Source: Candidatus Bathyarchaeota archaeon
GTDB taxonomy: Archaea; Thermoproteota; Bathyarchaeia; Bathyarchaeales; Bathycorpusculaceae
Direction of reading: 5' to 3'
Assembly (NCBI GenBank): GCA_963826715.1
Contig: CAWGYA010000008.1
Span: 352,001 to 416,000 of the forward strand
DNA length: 64,000 nt
Under the pieces are notes generated by a model. It saw only the letters and a list, made by a program, of their open reading frames with translations. It did no database searches and had not been told where the DNA came from. The first letter of the stretch is position 1, and each line of letters opens with the position of its first letter. The position numbers and the translations under genes were made by a program. This document shows, one piece after another, positions 8,574-17,856 of this stretch.

Positions 8574-10055
8574 CTATTTTACTAAGCTTTTAAGGTATTT
8601 CATAATGAGCTGAGGCTGGTCGAACGCAGTCCTAAGGGCTTTCTCAGGGCGCTTGAGGTGCCCCATTAAAGAGAGCCTCTTATAATCAGCCAATGCCTTT
8701 GACGCAATCTCTTTAACATCTTTGGGCAAAAATTCAGGGGTTGTAATCAGCGGCATTCCTTTAGGTTGACGAGCTTCAGCAAAAGCATTCCACGACAAAT
8801 CCGCTTCAATATATCCCTTCAATTTACAGTCTTCATAGAGCCTTGTGCCATATGATGGCGTTGCCATAAACAAATGCATGCCCACATCGTATTTTCGCTT
8901 GAGCTCTAGCGCAAAGTCAACAGTACGCTGCATATTTTCTTTGGTTTCACCGGGAAACCCAATTATATAAAATGCACCTGTTTTCAAGCCGATTTTCTTA
9001 CTATTTTGGGCAAATTCAACTACCCGCTTTAGATTAAGACTTTTACAGATGACTTTATCGAGGATTTTCTGGTCACCTGATTCGACGCCAACGAATACAC
9101 TTTTGCAACCTGACTGCTTCATCTTTTTGAGCAACTCCAGATTTAAGCAGTCAGCACGCACACCATTGGGAGTTTCCCAACCGATTTTGATTTTGCGATC
9201 TGTTATGCCTTCACAGATGGTTTCAAACCGTTTCAAGTCAAGCGTTAAATTATCGTCCTCAAAAAAAATGTTCTTAACAGCATACTTTTCTACGACGTAC
9301 TGTATATGGTTTAACACATATTGGGCCGAGTGAGCCCGAAAGCTCCGACCCATGTGCAGATTCACCGCGCAGAAACAACAATTAAAAGGACAGCCTCGAC
9401 TTGTAATCAAGGATATTGCACGGTCTTGAAAGCTGCGGTAACCAATCTTCCTTTGACTAAGATATTGCTCCATATCCACCAAGTCGTAAGCTGGATACGG
9501 CAGCGTATCTAAATCATCAAGAAACGGTCGATGAGGATTCACAATCACATTGCCATCCTGACGGTAAGCAATGCCCTTGATTGTACTCAATTCCTTTTTA
9601 CCTTCAAAATATTGCACGATCTCGAGCAGGGTAAACTCACCCTCACCAATCACAGCAATGTCAACGGTTTTTGTTTCCTCCAAAAACTCTTGAGGAACCA
9701 GAGTAACATGGGGTCCACCCATAACAGTTAAGATATGAGGGTTAACTTCTTTGGCGACCCTACTTGTTTTCACGGCATTTTCTATTTGAGCGGTAAAGGG
9801 TCCAGCAATACCAACTATGTCGGGCTTTCGCGCCGTTATCTCTTGTGATATCTGCTCGAAGCTTAAACCAATGGTTTTGGTTTCACCATTTTTTTGGAAC
9901 CCCGTTCCCATCATGAATGCATCTAAAATCTCCACAGAGTAGTTGGCTTTTTGAAGCACAGCTGCCAAGTACATTAAGCCAATGGGCAGGTTACCCGCGG
10001 GCGATTCGGAACCCGGATAGAAGGTCTGCGGAGGATTGATTAGAAGAATCTTCAT
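8574..10055 (-). CDS. Cobalamin-binding radical SAM protein
   Basis: N-terminal B12-binding domain (PIGLMYLAA, GGPHVT, GEGE); TSRGCPFNCCFC; FEDDNL; GVESG; IIGFPGET. Confidence 0.92.
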   Translation of the reverse strand: MKILLINPPQTFYPGSESPAGNLPIGLMYLAAVLQKANYSVEILDAFMMGTGFQKNGETKTIGLSFEQISQEITARKPDIVGIAGPFTAQIENAVKTSRVAKEVNPHILTVMGGPHVTLVPQEFLEETKTVDIAVIGEGEFTLLEIVQYFEGKKELSTIKGIAYRQDGNVIVNPHRPFLDDLDTLPYPAYDLVDMEQYLSQRKIGYRSFQDRAISLITSRGCPFNCCFCAVNLHMGRSFRAHSAQYVLNHIQYVVEKYAVKNIFFEDDNLTLDLKRFETICEGITDRKIKIGWETPNGVRADCLNLELLKKMKQSGCKSVFVGVESGDQKILDKVICKSLNLKRVVEFAQNSKKIGLKTGAFYIIGFPGETKENMQRTVDFALELKRKYDVGMHLFMATPSYGTRLYEDCKLKGYIEADLSWNAFAEARQPKGMPLITTPEFLPKDVKEIASKALADYKRLSLMGHLKRPEKALRTAFDQPQLIMKYLKSLVK

Positions 10056-10289
10056 CGGCGGTACCTAAGTGATTATTTAGTTAATTTACCCCGAATATAA
10101 ATTAACCCTGTGATATCCATTTGATAAACAATTTATCTTGTAAGCTGTTTCTTGTTAAATTACCCTCAGATTACTCTGATTTTTGATGAAAGTTGGAATG
10201 TTACTGCCATGCTACAACAACATATGTTTATGAACATTTATTCGGCTCTATTCTTGATTACTTTAACAGTAAAAAAGGAGGTAAATTTT

Positions 10290-10601
10290 TTGAGTACACG
10301 AATAAAAGAAAAAGTAAAAAGCAAAATGACCGTGGTGGAAGCAGGAAGGAAAGGCGGGAAAAAAACTGCTTCAACCCATGGCAAAGAATTCTACGAAGAA
10401 ATCGGGCGCAAAGGCGGTAAAAAAGTCTCAGCTGAAAGAGGACCAGAGTTTTACAGTAAAATCGGCAGCAAAGGCGGCTCCAAACGCGCAAAACAACACA
10501 AAGGCTCAACTGAAGCTGCCGGCAAAATCAGTATAGAAGAAGCAGGTCATCGAGGGGGACAACGAAGTAGGAAATTAATTGAAGAAAGTCAAGAACAATA
10601 A
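10290..10601 (+). CDS. KGG-repeat general stress protein (GsiB/YciG-like)
   Basis: Repeats EAGRKGG, EFYEEIGRKGG, EFYSKIGSKGG, EAGHRGG; AGGAGGT SD at 10276-10282 before TTG 10290. Confidence 0.85.
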   Translation: MSTRIKEKVKSKMTVVEAGRKGGKKTASTHGKEFYEEIGRKGGKKVSAERGPEFYSKIGSKGGSKRAKQHKGSTEAAGKISIEEAGHRGGQRSRKLIEESQEQ

Positions 10602-10936
10602 TTGGAAATAATTCTGTAATGGAATCTCAGAAAAATCCTCTACATGTCCAATATCTTGTTATACTTTTGATTGCTGACGAATATATTGAAAGGAAAACAA
10701 TGCCATCTGAAGAAAAATGAATAATATTCGAAGAATTACCTTAAACTCACAACAAAAAGTCTAAGTAAATCAGTATTAAATAAATCAATAAATTCACCAG
10801 TTGATCGAATACGTAAAGAAAAACAAAAATCAAGGTCCAATCTTAAGATACACTTAAATGAAAACTAATTTTCCTTGTTTAGAAATAGAGTGGATCTAGC
10901 ATAATGTTGAAATATTTTTGAGCTTATTTTTACCTT

Positions 10937-11380
10937 ATGAAGAAATTACTTGTATTATATTATAGCCGGAGTGGAAACACTGAAAAAATGGCTAAAGCCA
11001 TCGCTGAAGGAGCCCAAGCCATAAACGGCGTTCAAGTAGACATAAGCTACCACGTAGAACCTCAAGAGCTTAAGGACTATGACGCAATTATTGTCGGAGC
11101 ACCAACCTACCGGCATGAAATGCCTGTCGACTTCAAAAACCTATTTGAAGGGGCAGAGGCACAACACCTGAATTTAAAAAACAAAATCGGGGCAGTATTT
11201 GGCTCCTATGGATGGAGTGGTGAAGCACCCAAAATACTTTTGGATATTATGCAAACAAAACTTGAAATGATAACAACAGAACCCCCTATTTTAGCAAAAT
11301 ACATCCCCGACCAAGAAACACTTGATAAATGCAGAACTTTAGGAAAAAAAATCGCCGAAACCTTGATGAGTTCCGTTTAG
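10937..11380 (+). CDS. Flavodoxin
   Basis: YYSRSGNTEKMA, GAPTY, FGSYGWSGEA. Confidence 0.9.
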   Translation: MKKLLVLYYSRSGNTEKMAKAIAEGAQAINGVQVDISYHVEPQELKDYDAIIVGAPTYRHEMPVDFKNLFEGAEAQHLNLKNKIGAVFGSYGWSGEAPKILLDIMQTKLEMITTEPPILAKYIPDQETLDKCRTLGKKIAETLMSSV

Positions 11381-11403
11381 CATAAGAGGAATGGAGAATA
11401 CTT

Positions 11404-11892
11404 ATGGAAGAAAAAAATAACGATACCCTTTTAGAATTTCTCAGAAACCAAGTGAGTGTCGAAAAGGAAATCGTAGAGTCCCTTGAAAAAGCACTTGTCG
11501 GCATGAAAAACCCTGCTGTAAAGGGTGTCCTCAAAGGAGTCTCCCTTGATTCAGTTAAACATGCAGAACTCTATACCTCCGCCATCACCCTGCTCACCAA
11601 CGCCTCAACCGCATTGACCCAAGCAGACCTCGATCAACAAAAAGCTCTAATCCAAAAACATATCGATATTGAAGCTAAACTCATAAAAGTCCTTAAAGAA
11701 AAAATTCCCAACATCCAAAACCAAAAAGTTGTTTTCCTACTAAAAGCCATCCTTGAAGATGAAATTAGGCACCATGCAATGCTTAAAATGGTTCTTGAAA
11801 TTATCGTTCATGGTGAAACCATAACTGAAGATGACTGGTGGAAGTTGCTCTGGGAAGGGGTCCCATTTCACGGTGCACCCGGTGGCGGGTAA
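11404..11892 (+). CDS. Ferritin-like (rubrerythrin-type) di-iron protein
   Basis: Two helix pairs with DSVKH and DEIRH (D/ExxH) motifs. Confidence 0.75.
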   Translation: MEEKNNDTLLEFLRNQVSVEKEIVESLEKALVGMKNPAVKGVLKGVSLDSVKHAELYTSAITLLTNASTALTQADLDQQKALIQKHIDIEAKLIKVLKEKIPNIQNQKVVFLLKAILEDEIRHHAMLKMVLEIIVHGETITEDDWWKLLWEGVPFHGAPGGG

Positions 11893-11910
11893 ATAGAAAA
11901 AAGTATGGGT

Positions 11911-12855
11911 TTAAGCGTTTTCGTTTGTGTGGAAAACCTGCTGCGCATAACTCCAGGTTTCCTCAACCGTCTGCGATAACTCTTCAAGCACTGAAGCAAG
12001 CTTTTCGCCCTTAGGGGTTAAACTGTAGGCTTTTGGTGTTTTCCTCACGAAGATCAATTTTTTGCCCTTTAAGCCTCGAAGATATTTGTAAATTCGGCGC
12101 ATCGATAAACCTGTTTCTTTAGAAAGACCACCAGCGGAGATTCCTCCGGGAAGTATAAAGTCATAGATTTTTTTTTCCGTTGCTGTGAATGTTTCTTTGT
12201 TTGGGTCTCGTTTAGATTTAAAAAAGAAGATATAATCGCGTTCTTCGGGAGTTTCAATTAATCCTACTTCACGTAAGCGCTTAAGAATTCTGGATACAAT
12301 TTTCGGCAAAATAATCGTTTCTATATCATCGAAAGTTTTGGTTCCTGACAACATAGACTGCAAAACAGATTCCTCGTAACATTCGGAGTGAGCTGGCAAA
12401 ACATTAGCAAATTCTGGAAAGACACTGATGATTTCTGAAAGTCTCCCGCCGAAGGTGGTAGCGTAGTATTCGTCGCATGATTCATTAGCTAATCCAACAA
12501 CAAGTAAAGGTTGAAGGTACTCTTCACTAATCGTATCTTGGCTATGGCTGTAACCAGTTTTTTTTAGCTCCTTCTGAAGTTGGCTAACGGAATACCTGCC
12601 TTCAGCAATGGTTTTTAGAATATGTAAACGTGTTTGGTTTTTGAGAACGTTAAATAATTCTTTTATATAGCCAGGTTGTTCCATGGCTTCGCTTAGTTTG
12701 CGAAGTTCATTTTTTAATTTGTATACTTGACATCTGTTGATACATTCCAACGGTGAGGTTGGTGAGCAGTTGCGACATTCAGTGTTGAGAGTTTGCATCA
12801 TAGATGAGAAGTTACGTTTTTCACCATTTTGGGTTGGTTGGAGGACATTGCCCAT
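11911..12855 (-). CDS. Multi-wHTH regulator with N-terminal 4-Cys motif
   Basis: CRNC-x7-CINRC, then ArsR-like wHTH (LKNQTRLHIL) and further wHTH repeats (LKRLREVGLI; LRGLKGKKLI...YSLTPKG). Confidence 0.7.
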   Translation of the reverse strand: MGNVLQPTQNGEKRNFSSMMQTLNTECRNCSPTSPLECINRCQVYKLKNELRKLSEAMEQPGYIKELFNVLKNQTRLHILKTIAEGRYSVSQLQKELKKTGYSHSQDTISEEYLQPLLVVGLANESCDEYYATTFGGRLSEIISVFPEFANVLPAHSECYEESVLQSMLSGTKTFDDIETIILPKIVSRILKRLREVGLIETPEERDYIFFFKSKRDPNKETFTATEKKIYDFILPGGISAGGLSKETGLSMRRIYKYLRGLKGKKLIFVRKTPKAYSLTPKGEKLASVLEELSQTVEETWSYAQQVFHTNENA

Positions 12856-12936
12856 TTATTGTTATTCTCCTTTATTTGGCGAGTGCCAAAACGAGATGGA
12901 GTAAATGCTTACCTATTTTTTGATCAATAACTCATA

Positions 12937-12978
12937 TTGACACGCGTCATACTTTATGACAAGCGTCAAGCTTAAATA
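12937..12978. promoter_or_regulatory. Tandem palindromic operator TGAC-N4-GTCA (x2) adjoining a TATA box
   Basis: TGACACGCGTCA 12938-12949 and TGACAAGCGTCA 12957-12968, then CTTAAATA at 12971-12978, between divergent regulator genes. Confidence 0.7.
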
Positions 12979-13014
12979 AGTTACCCCCACAAATACACTA
13001 AATCAGGTGTTAAA

Positions 13015-13392
13015 TTGATACTGCCATGCGAGGTAGGAGTTAAAACAGTGCTACCGGCTGTCAAAGCCATAATGGCACGCACTATTGTAGAAAAACACGG
13101 CTACAACGAAAAACAAACCGCCAACCTTCTTGGACTATCACAGTCCGCAGTCAGCCGCTACATTGGCAGAGAAAGAGGTGCCAACCTTTTAGCTATAGAA
13201 AATACAAGCGAAATCCTCGCCCTCATCGACCAAATGGTCAGCTCAGTCATAAAAGAACCTAACAATCGTGCTAAAATACTAGAGCTTTTCTGCAAAACCT
13301 GCACCGCTATCCGAGAAAAAGGGCTTATGTGCCCCAAATGCCAGAAAAATATGCCAGCAATTTGGGTTGATAAATGCTTCTTCTGCCGTTGA
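13015..13392 (+). CDS. XRE-type HTH regulator (COG2522-like) with Cys-rich C-terminus
   Basis: PCEV.VKTVLPAVKA, ANLLGLSQSAVSRY.GRERG; CKTC, CPKC, CFFC. Confidence 0.8.
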   Translation: MILPCEVGVKTVLPAVKAIMARTIVEKHGYNEKQTANLLGLSQSAVSRYIGRERGANLLAIENTSEILALIDQMVSSVIKEPNNRAKILELFCKTCTAIREKGLMCPKCQKNMPAIWVDKCFFCR

Positions 13393-13835
13393 TCTTTGTC
13401 TATTAATTTTCAAAAAGTATTCAGCGAACGCTAACAGACTCTTTGGATGTTAGATAGACATAAGCCTCATCTTTTGCTTACAATTTAGTTTATACCATTT
13501 TTCGTTTTTCAGAATTTCTCTAATCGTCGACCCCAAGAATTTCAATAGTTCGAGAGAATAAATCATCAAATCGGCAAAACAGAATAAACTTAATTATGTA
13601 TCGTTTTGAAACTTTATTAAAATCGCTGTTCCATTTTTCAGAGAATACTTTGCCGTACAATGAAAAACGGAGGATTAGATATCATCCGAAAACCAACAAA
13701 AAAGCAGTCAACCTTTCACACATCAAAGAAGGCACACACACCATCTTCTACCAAACCATAAAAACAGAATGAGATACTATTAGGCACCAAACCATCAGTG
13801 AATTAAAAACTAAGTAAATCATTGCAGGTGAATAT

Positions 13836-14264
13836 TTGAGCCAAAACCAAATCAAAGAAATCCTAAAAAAATACAAAGTTATCGCGATCGTTGGCTTATC
13901 GGATCAGGTGAACAAACCCAGCCACCAAGTTGCAACCTACCTTAAAAACCATGGTTACAAAATAATCCCAGTTAACCCCTACATTTATGAGACATTGGGC
14001 GAAAAAAGCTACCCGAGCCTTCTGGATATTCCAACATCAACCCAGAGCACTATCGATGTGGTAGATATTTTCCGGCAAAGCAACGCGGTGCCATCCATAG
14101 TCGAGGAAACAATCAAACTCAAACAAAAAACGGGGCGACCGTTTGTAATTTGGATGCAGTTAGGTGTTGTTGAGTTACATTCCGCCGCCATTGCACAGAA
14201 AGCAGGATTATCTGTGGTTATGGATAAATGTTTTATGGCAGAGCATATTCATCTGCTGCGATAA
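13836..14264 (+). CDS. CoA-binding protein (YccU family)
   Basis: IAIVGLS...PS..VA.YL..HGYKIIPVNP, DVVDIFR, WMQLG, VMDKC. Confidence 0.9.
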   Translation: MSQNQIKEILKKYKVIAIVGLSDQVNKPSHQVATYLKNHGYKIIPVNPYIYETLGEKSYPSLLDIPTSTQSTIDVVDIFRQSNAVPSIVEETIKLKQKTGRPFVIWMQLGVVELHSAAIAQKAGLSVVMDKCFMAEHIHLLR

Positions 14265-14267
14265 GGT

Positions 14268-15131
14268 TTACGCTCCGCCCAGTATAAGCGATGCAATAGT
14301 TGCAATAATCACTATTGTCAAGGTTTCGGCAAGGGTAATCTTCCAATTGACACGGGTTTTTTTACTGCGATAACGAACAAGAAAGACACCTACTATAGCG
14401 CTAACCAGCAGAAGCGAAACTCCTACGTTATAATAAAGTGGAAGCACAAGGTATGTGGCTATTGGGATAATACCTGCTATGAAAGTTGTAACTCCACAGA
14501 TTATAGCGGCATAGAGGTTCGACCGATGTATCTCTTTGCTGAGCAACGTGAAGAGTTTCTGAACAAGTAAAAGAGATTTATCGCGTTCCCTTTTGTCAGG
14601 AATGTCACTTAAGCTGTAGTTCATGAGGTTCTGCAGCGTCATGATATCATTCAGATCCTCAGTAATTCCCCCTAGTAAAAAACTTGAAAAGTTGGTAATG
14701 GAAACTGCACTTAGTGTTAAGAAAGCAGCAAATATTACAGCAGGCTGATTTGATAGAAAGCTTGAAGTTGCAGTGAATGTGGCTATGAAGGCGGAGAGAA
14801 TAATAACCAAACTTGTGATTGAGCCATCCACCAAACCTGCTACAACCTCCATAATCGGTTCCTTTTTAAGCAACAAACTCTCCCATTCCTTGCCGAGTTT
14901 TTGTCCTTGAGGTGTCAAATAGACGAAATCATCTTTTTCTTCAATGAGTTTTTCTGCCGCCATCTCGCGAAGGGCTTTATCGAGTTCCGAAATGTCGATA
15001 CAGGCGTAGCTCACGCAAACTCGGTCAAGGCGACTTTTAAGCGCGGATTTTTTTAGTTTAAGGCCTTTGGTTAAGTTAAGCAGAACGATGACGCGGATAA
15101 CGTCAGGTAACTCTTGAATTTCAAAGGACAA
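14268..15131 (-). CDS. wHTH fused to a VIT1/CCC1-like membrane domain
   Basis: N-terminal wHTH (ELDKALREMAAEKLI...VYLTPQGQ); about five TM helices starting VVAGLVDGSITSL; TFIAGIIPIATY. Confidence 0.65.
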   Translation of the reverse strand: MSFEIQELPDVIRVIVLLNLTKGLKLKKSALKSRLDRVCVSYACIDISELDKALREMAAEKLIEEKDDFVYLTPQGQKLGKEWESLLLKKEPIMEVVAGLVDGSITSLVIILSAFIATFTATSSFLSNQPAVIFAAFLTLSAVSITNFSSFLLGGITEDLNDIMTLQNLMNYSLSDIPDKRERDKSLLLVQKLFTLLSKEIHRSNLYAAIICGVTTFIAGIIPIATYLVLPLYYNVGVSLLLVSAIVGVFLVRYRSKKTRVNWKITLAETLTIVIIATIASLILGGA

Positions 15132-15382
15132 TCAAATAGTCACCGAACACAAATAGTCATTCAACTATTTTCTTTACTGAAACTAATAACTTTTGCGTGG
15201 AGTTTTAGAATTTTGACTTTAATGAATTCAATTACTTCTCAAAGCCCACCTACTAACATAACCTAGAATTTGTTATTTTGATATCTTTTAACCTCTACAG
15301 AATTAAGCCTCAAACCTCAAAAAACCATTCAAAACAAATCTCTTCAGGTCTCAATAGATGATTAATGTAACAGAAAAGTGAA

Positions 15383-16339
15383 TTATTCTACGAAAATGGA
15401 GTAACTTAAAAGGGAGTCGGTTGTGCTCGAACCCGTCAAAAGATAAAGGGTGTAAACACCACTTTGATGAGTAGCTATAGCCTTGTCCATTTGGAAACTA
15501 ACCTGGAAACTATTTCTGTTTTGGCTCCAGTTACTAGCTTGTATTGTAATTCCACTTGTTACCTGATAATTGGGAGGCAAAACTGAACCAACGTAGGTAC
15601 CGGGGTTATATCCATCATTGTAAGGTGACTCCTCTATCTGCGCCTTTGTTAGAGGTTGAGGATTGTCATAGTAGATTGCGACTTGCTGGATTGCTCTCTG
15701 AATAGTCATGGTTCCCTTCAGCGTGACTGTTCCATTTATGAAAGCTAATTGTTCCCAGCTAACATAATCATCTTCGAAATCTTGGACAAGGTAAACCCGG
15801 TTTTGATCATACGAAACACCGATGCTGACACGATTATGTGTGGGATTGAGGATATTTTCTTTGTGACCCCAGTTTGAGGCGGCATCATCATTCATCATGG
15901 CCAATTCAAGTTCTTTAAGAGCAGATTTAACGTCGATTCCAAACAAACCAGATACCCCCTCCCACGCACAATTCTCTTCAACAGCGCCCATGCCTCCCGC
16001 CAGCGTGTATCGCATATAGGGTTTGTAGCCATTCAAGCCCCAGTGACTAAAGTAACTCTTCGCGAGCATATCGTCAGCATGCTGCTGAGCAGAATCTACA
16101 TTGCTCAAGGTCACATTACCCAAGCCATTAGCTTGCCTATCGGCGTTAATCAGTGATAAAACATATGCCACATATTGTTTTATTGTTGCGTTGGGATCTG
16201 ATGTTGGGGTAGGCGAAGGTGAAAAGCTATGCAGATCCGGGCTAAATAAAACAATAAAAAGTAAAGCCGCTGCTAACAAAATAGCCACAATGCCAAACGC
16301 TATGACAGCATTTCTATAGCTACGTTTCTTCGGCTCCAT
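15383..16339 (-). CDS. Membrane-anchored CAP (SCP-like) domain protein
   Basis: N-terminal TM, SPSPTPT linker, LINADR, AQQHADDM..SYFSH, WGHKENILNP.HNRVSIGV. Confidence 0.85.
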   Translation of the reverse strand: MEPKKRSYRNAVIAFGIVAILLAAALLFIVLFSPDLHSFSPSPTPTSDPNATIKQYVAYVLSLINADRQANGLGNVTLSNVDSAQQHADDMLAKSYFSHWGLNGYKPYMRYTLAGGMGAVEENCAWEGVSGLFGIDVKSALKELELAMMNDDAASNWGHKENILNPTHNRVSIGVSYDQNRVYLVQDFEDDYVSWEQLAFINGTVTLKGTMTIQRAIQQVAIYYDNPQPLTKAQIEESPYNDGYNPGTYVGSVLPPNYQVTSGITIQASNWSQNRNSFQVSFQMDKAIATHQSGVYTLYLLTGSSTTDSLLSYSIFVE

Positions 16340-16373
16340 ACATTTAGCTCCAAAACTCCGTATAGGTCAACTA

Positions 16374-17114
16374 TTAATTTGCTTGAGAGAGTAAATGTTC
16401 AAGTTTTTTGCTAAGCGATGATAAGTCTTTTTCCACGTGATCTGCTTCCTGTTTGCTTTTTTCTAAATCTATCAAGCTGTTGAACTGAGAGGGAACAAAA
16501 ACTGTCTTCAATCCTACACCCTTGGCACCTTTAATATCCTCCACAGGACTATCACCTATGAAAATGGCCTCTTCTGCTTTGACTTGAAGCCGTAATAACG
16601 TATCTTGAAATATTTTTGGGCTGGGTTTTCGCCAACCCACATCATCAGAGACGACGATGGCATTAAAGTAGTTGCTAATCCCTACTTTCCTGAGGCTTTT
16701 GTGGATCACCGGCGCATGTGTGAAGTTACTGATTAAACCTATCTTTGCTTGGTCCGCGGTTTGCTTTAGCAATTTTTTGGCACCATTCCTCAATTCCAGC
16801 GTTTCGAGAAAGTCTTGGAAGAAAACATTAAGAGCTGCTTTTACCTTTGAATCCTCAGGCGATACCTTATAGCCTAAGCTACCGAGAGCTTCCGCAACCC
16901 AGATGGCGTTTGTGACTTCGCGATACTCTTCATAACGGATTTTTCGATATTTCTTGTGCGCTAAATTGTAAGCAGAAAAAAACTTGTCTTTCTCAACAAA
17001 AAAGCCTTCTTCTACAAGTGCACAATATAGATTATCCTCTGAAGCTTCCATGCTGTAGCCTCTACAGTTAACCAAAGTTCCAATGTAGTCGAAAATAACA
17101 GATTTAAAATGCAT
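16374..17114 (-). CDS. HAD-superfamily hydrolase
   Basis: FDYIGTL, ISN, KPSPKIF, FIGDSPVEDIKGA; ATG 17114 overlaps the end of the upstream gene. Confidence 0.88.
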   Translation of the reverse strand: MHFKSVIFDYIGTLVNCRGYSMEASEDNLYCALVEEGFFVEKDKFFSAYNLAHKKYRKIRYEEYREVTNAIWVAEALGSLGYKVSPEDSKVKAALNVFFQDFLETLELRNGAKKLLKQTADQAKIGLISNFTHAPVIHKSLRKVGISNYFNAIVVSDDVGWRKPSPKIFQDTLLRLQVKAEEAIFIGDSPVEDIKGAKGVGLKTVFVPSQFNSLIDLEKSKQEADHVEKDLSSLSKKLEHLLSQAN

Positions 17115-17856
17115 TGCCGTTCCCTTTGCCAGCAGCAACTTTTTTGATTTGTGCCATAGCTGTGCCCATGGCTGTGTGAAGCAGTCGTCCAGGGTTACCA
17201 ATAGCCCCTTCAACTTCTGAGTCGAATGAGATTGCACCTAAATACTGCAAGTGAAGCTTCTCAGTTTCTTCTTTGATAGGGCTCGACGTAGTCATTTTCA
17301 TGTTTTCCACAACACCGACGATAGGCATTCCGAGTTCGCAGAGCAGCTCAACCTGTTTCTTAACAACTTCAAACGCCAAAAGCGAAGGCGTAGTAACAAT
17401 CAAAAACTCTATTCGCCCAACCAGCCTCACCAAATCCAAAACGGCATCACCAATGCCCGGCGGCATATCAATAATAAGGTAATCCAATTCGCCCCATCGT
17501 GTAACCGCAAGCAATTCTATTAGAGCATTTGAAACGTCTATTCCCCTCAAAGGTGTGGCCTTCCCACCGACAAAATATACTAAAGACATGTATTCCAATC
17601 CTTCAACAATGGCAGGAACTAAACCTTTGTCTTCAGTTGGCTGAAGCGAATTAGAAACACCAAGGATGATATGAGTTGAGGGACCAGTAAAGTCCACATC
17701 AAAGAGACCAACTTTAAAGCCATCCCTGACAAGTGAAAGCGCTAGCGCAGTGGCAACCATACTCTTACCAACGCCCCCTTTGCCACTGGAAACAGCAATA
17801 ATCCGTCCTATCTTTACCAACCGCTCGGATATCACACTTGTCCGCGGATCCTTCAT
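17104..17856 (-). CDS. Mrp/NBP35-family ATPase, probably ATPase-type HypB
   Basis: SGKGGVGKS, DVDFTGPS, DMPPG, ENM without the usual CxxC; overlaps hypA. Confidence 0.85.
   Translation of the reverse strand: MKDPRTSVISERLVKIGRIIAVSSGKGGVGKSMVATALALSLVRDGFKVGLFDVDFTGPSTHIILGVSNSLQPTEDKGLVPAIVEGLEYMSLVYFVGGKATPLRGIDVSNALIELLAVTRWGELDYLIIDMPPGIGDAVLDLVRLVGRIEFLIVTTPSLLAFEVVKKQVELLCELGMPIVGVVENMKMTTSSPIKEETEKLHLQYLGAISFDSEVEGAIGNPGRLLHTAMGTAMAQIKKVAAGKGNGNAF

Noticed and set aside
10152-10289. Hydrophobic N-terminal extension of the KGG ORF
   Set aside because: The strong SD precedes TTG 10290; the extension is probably not translated
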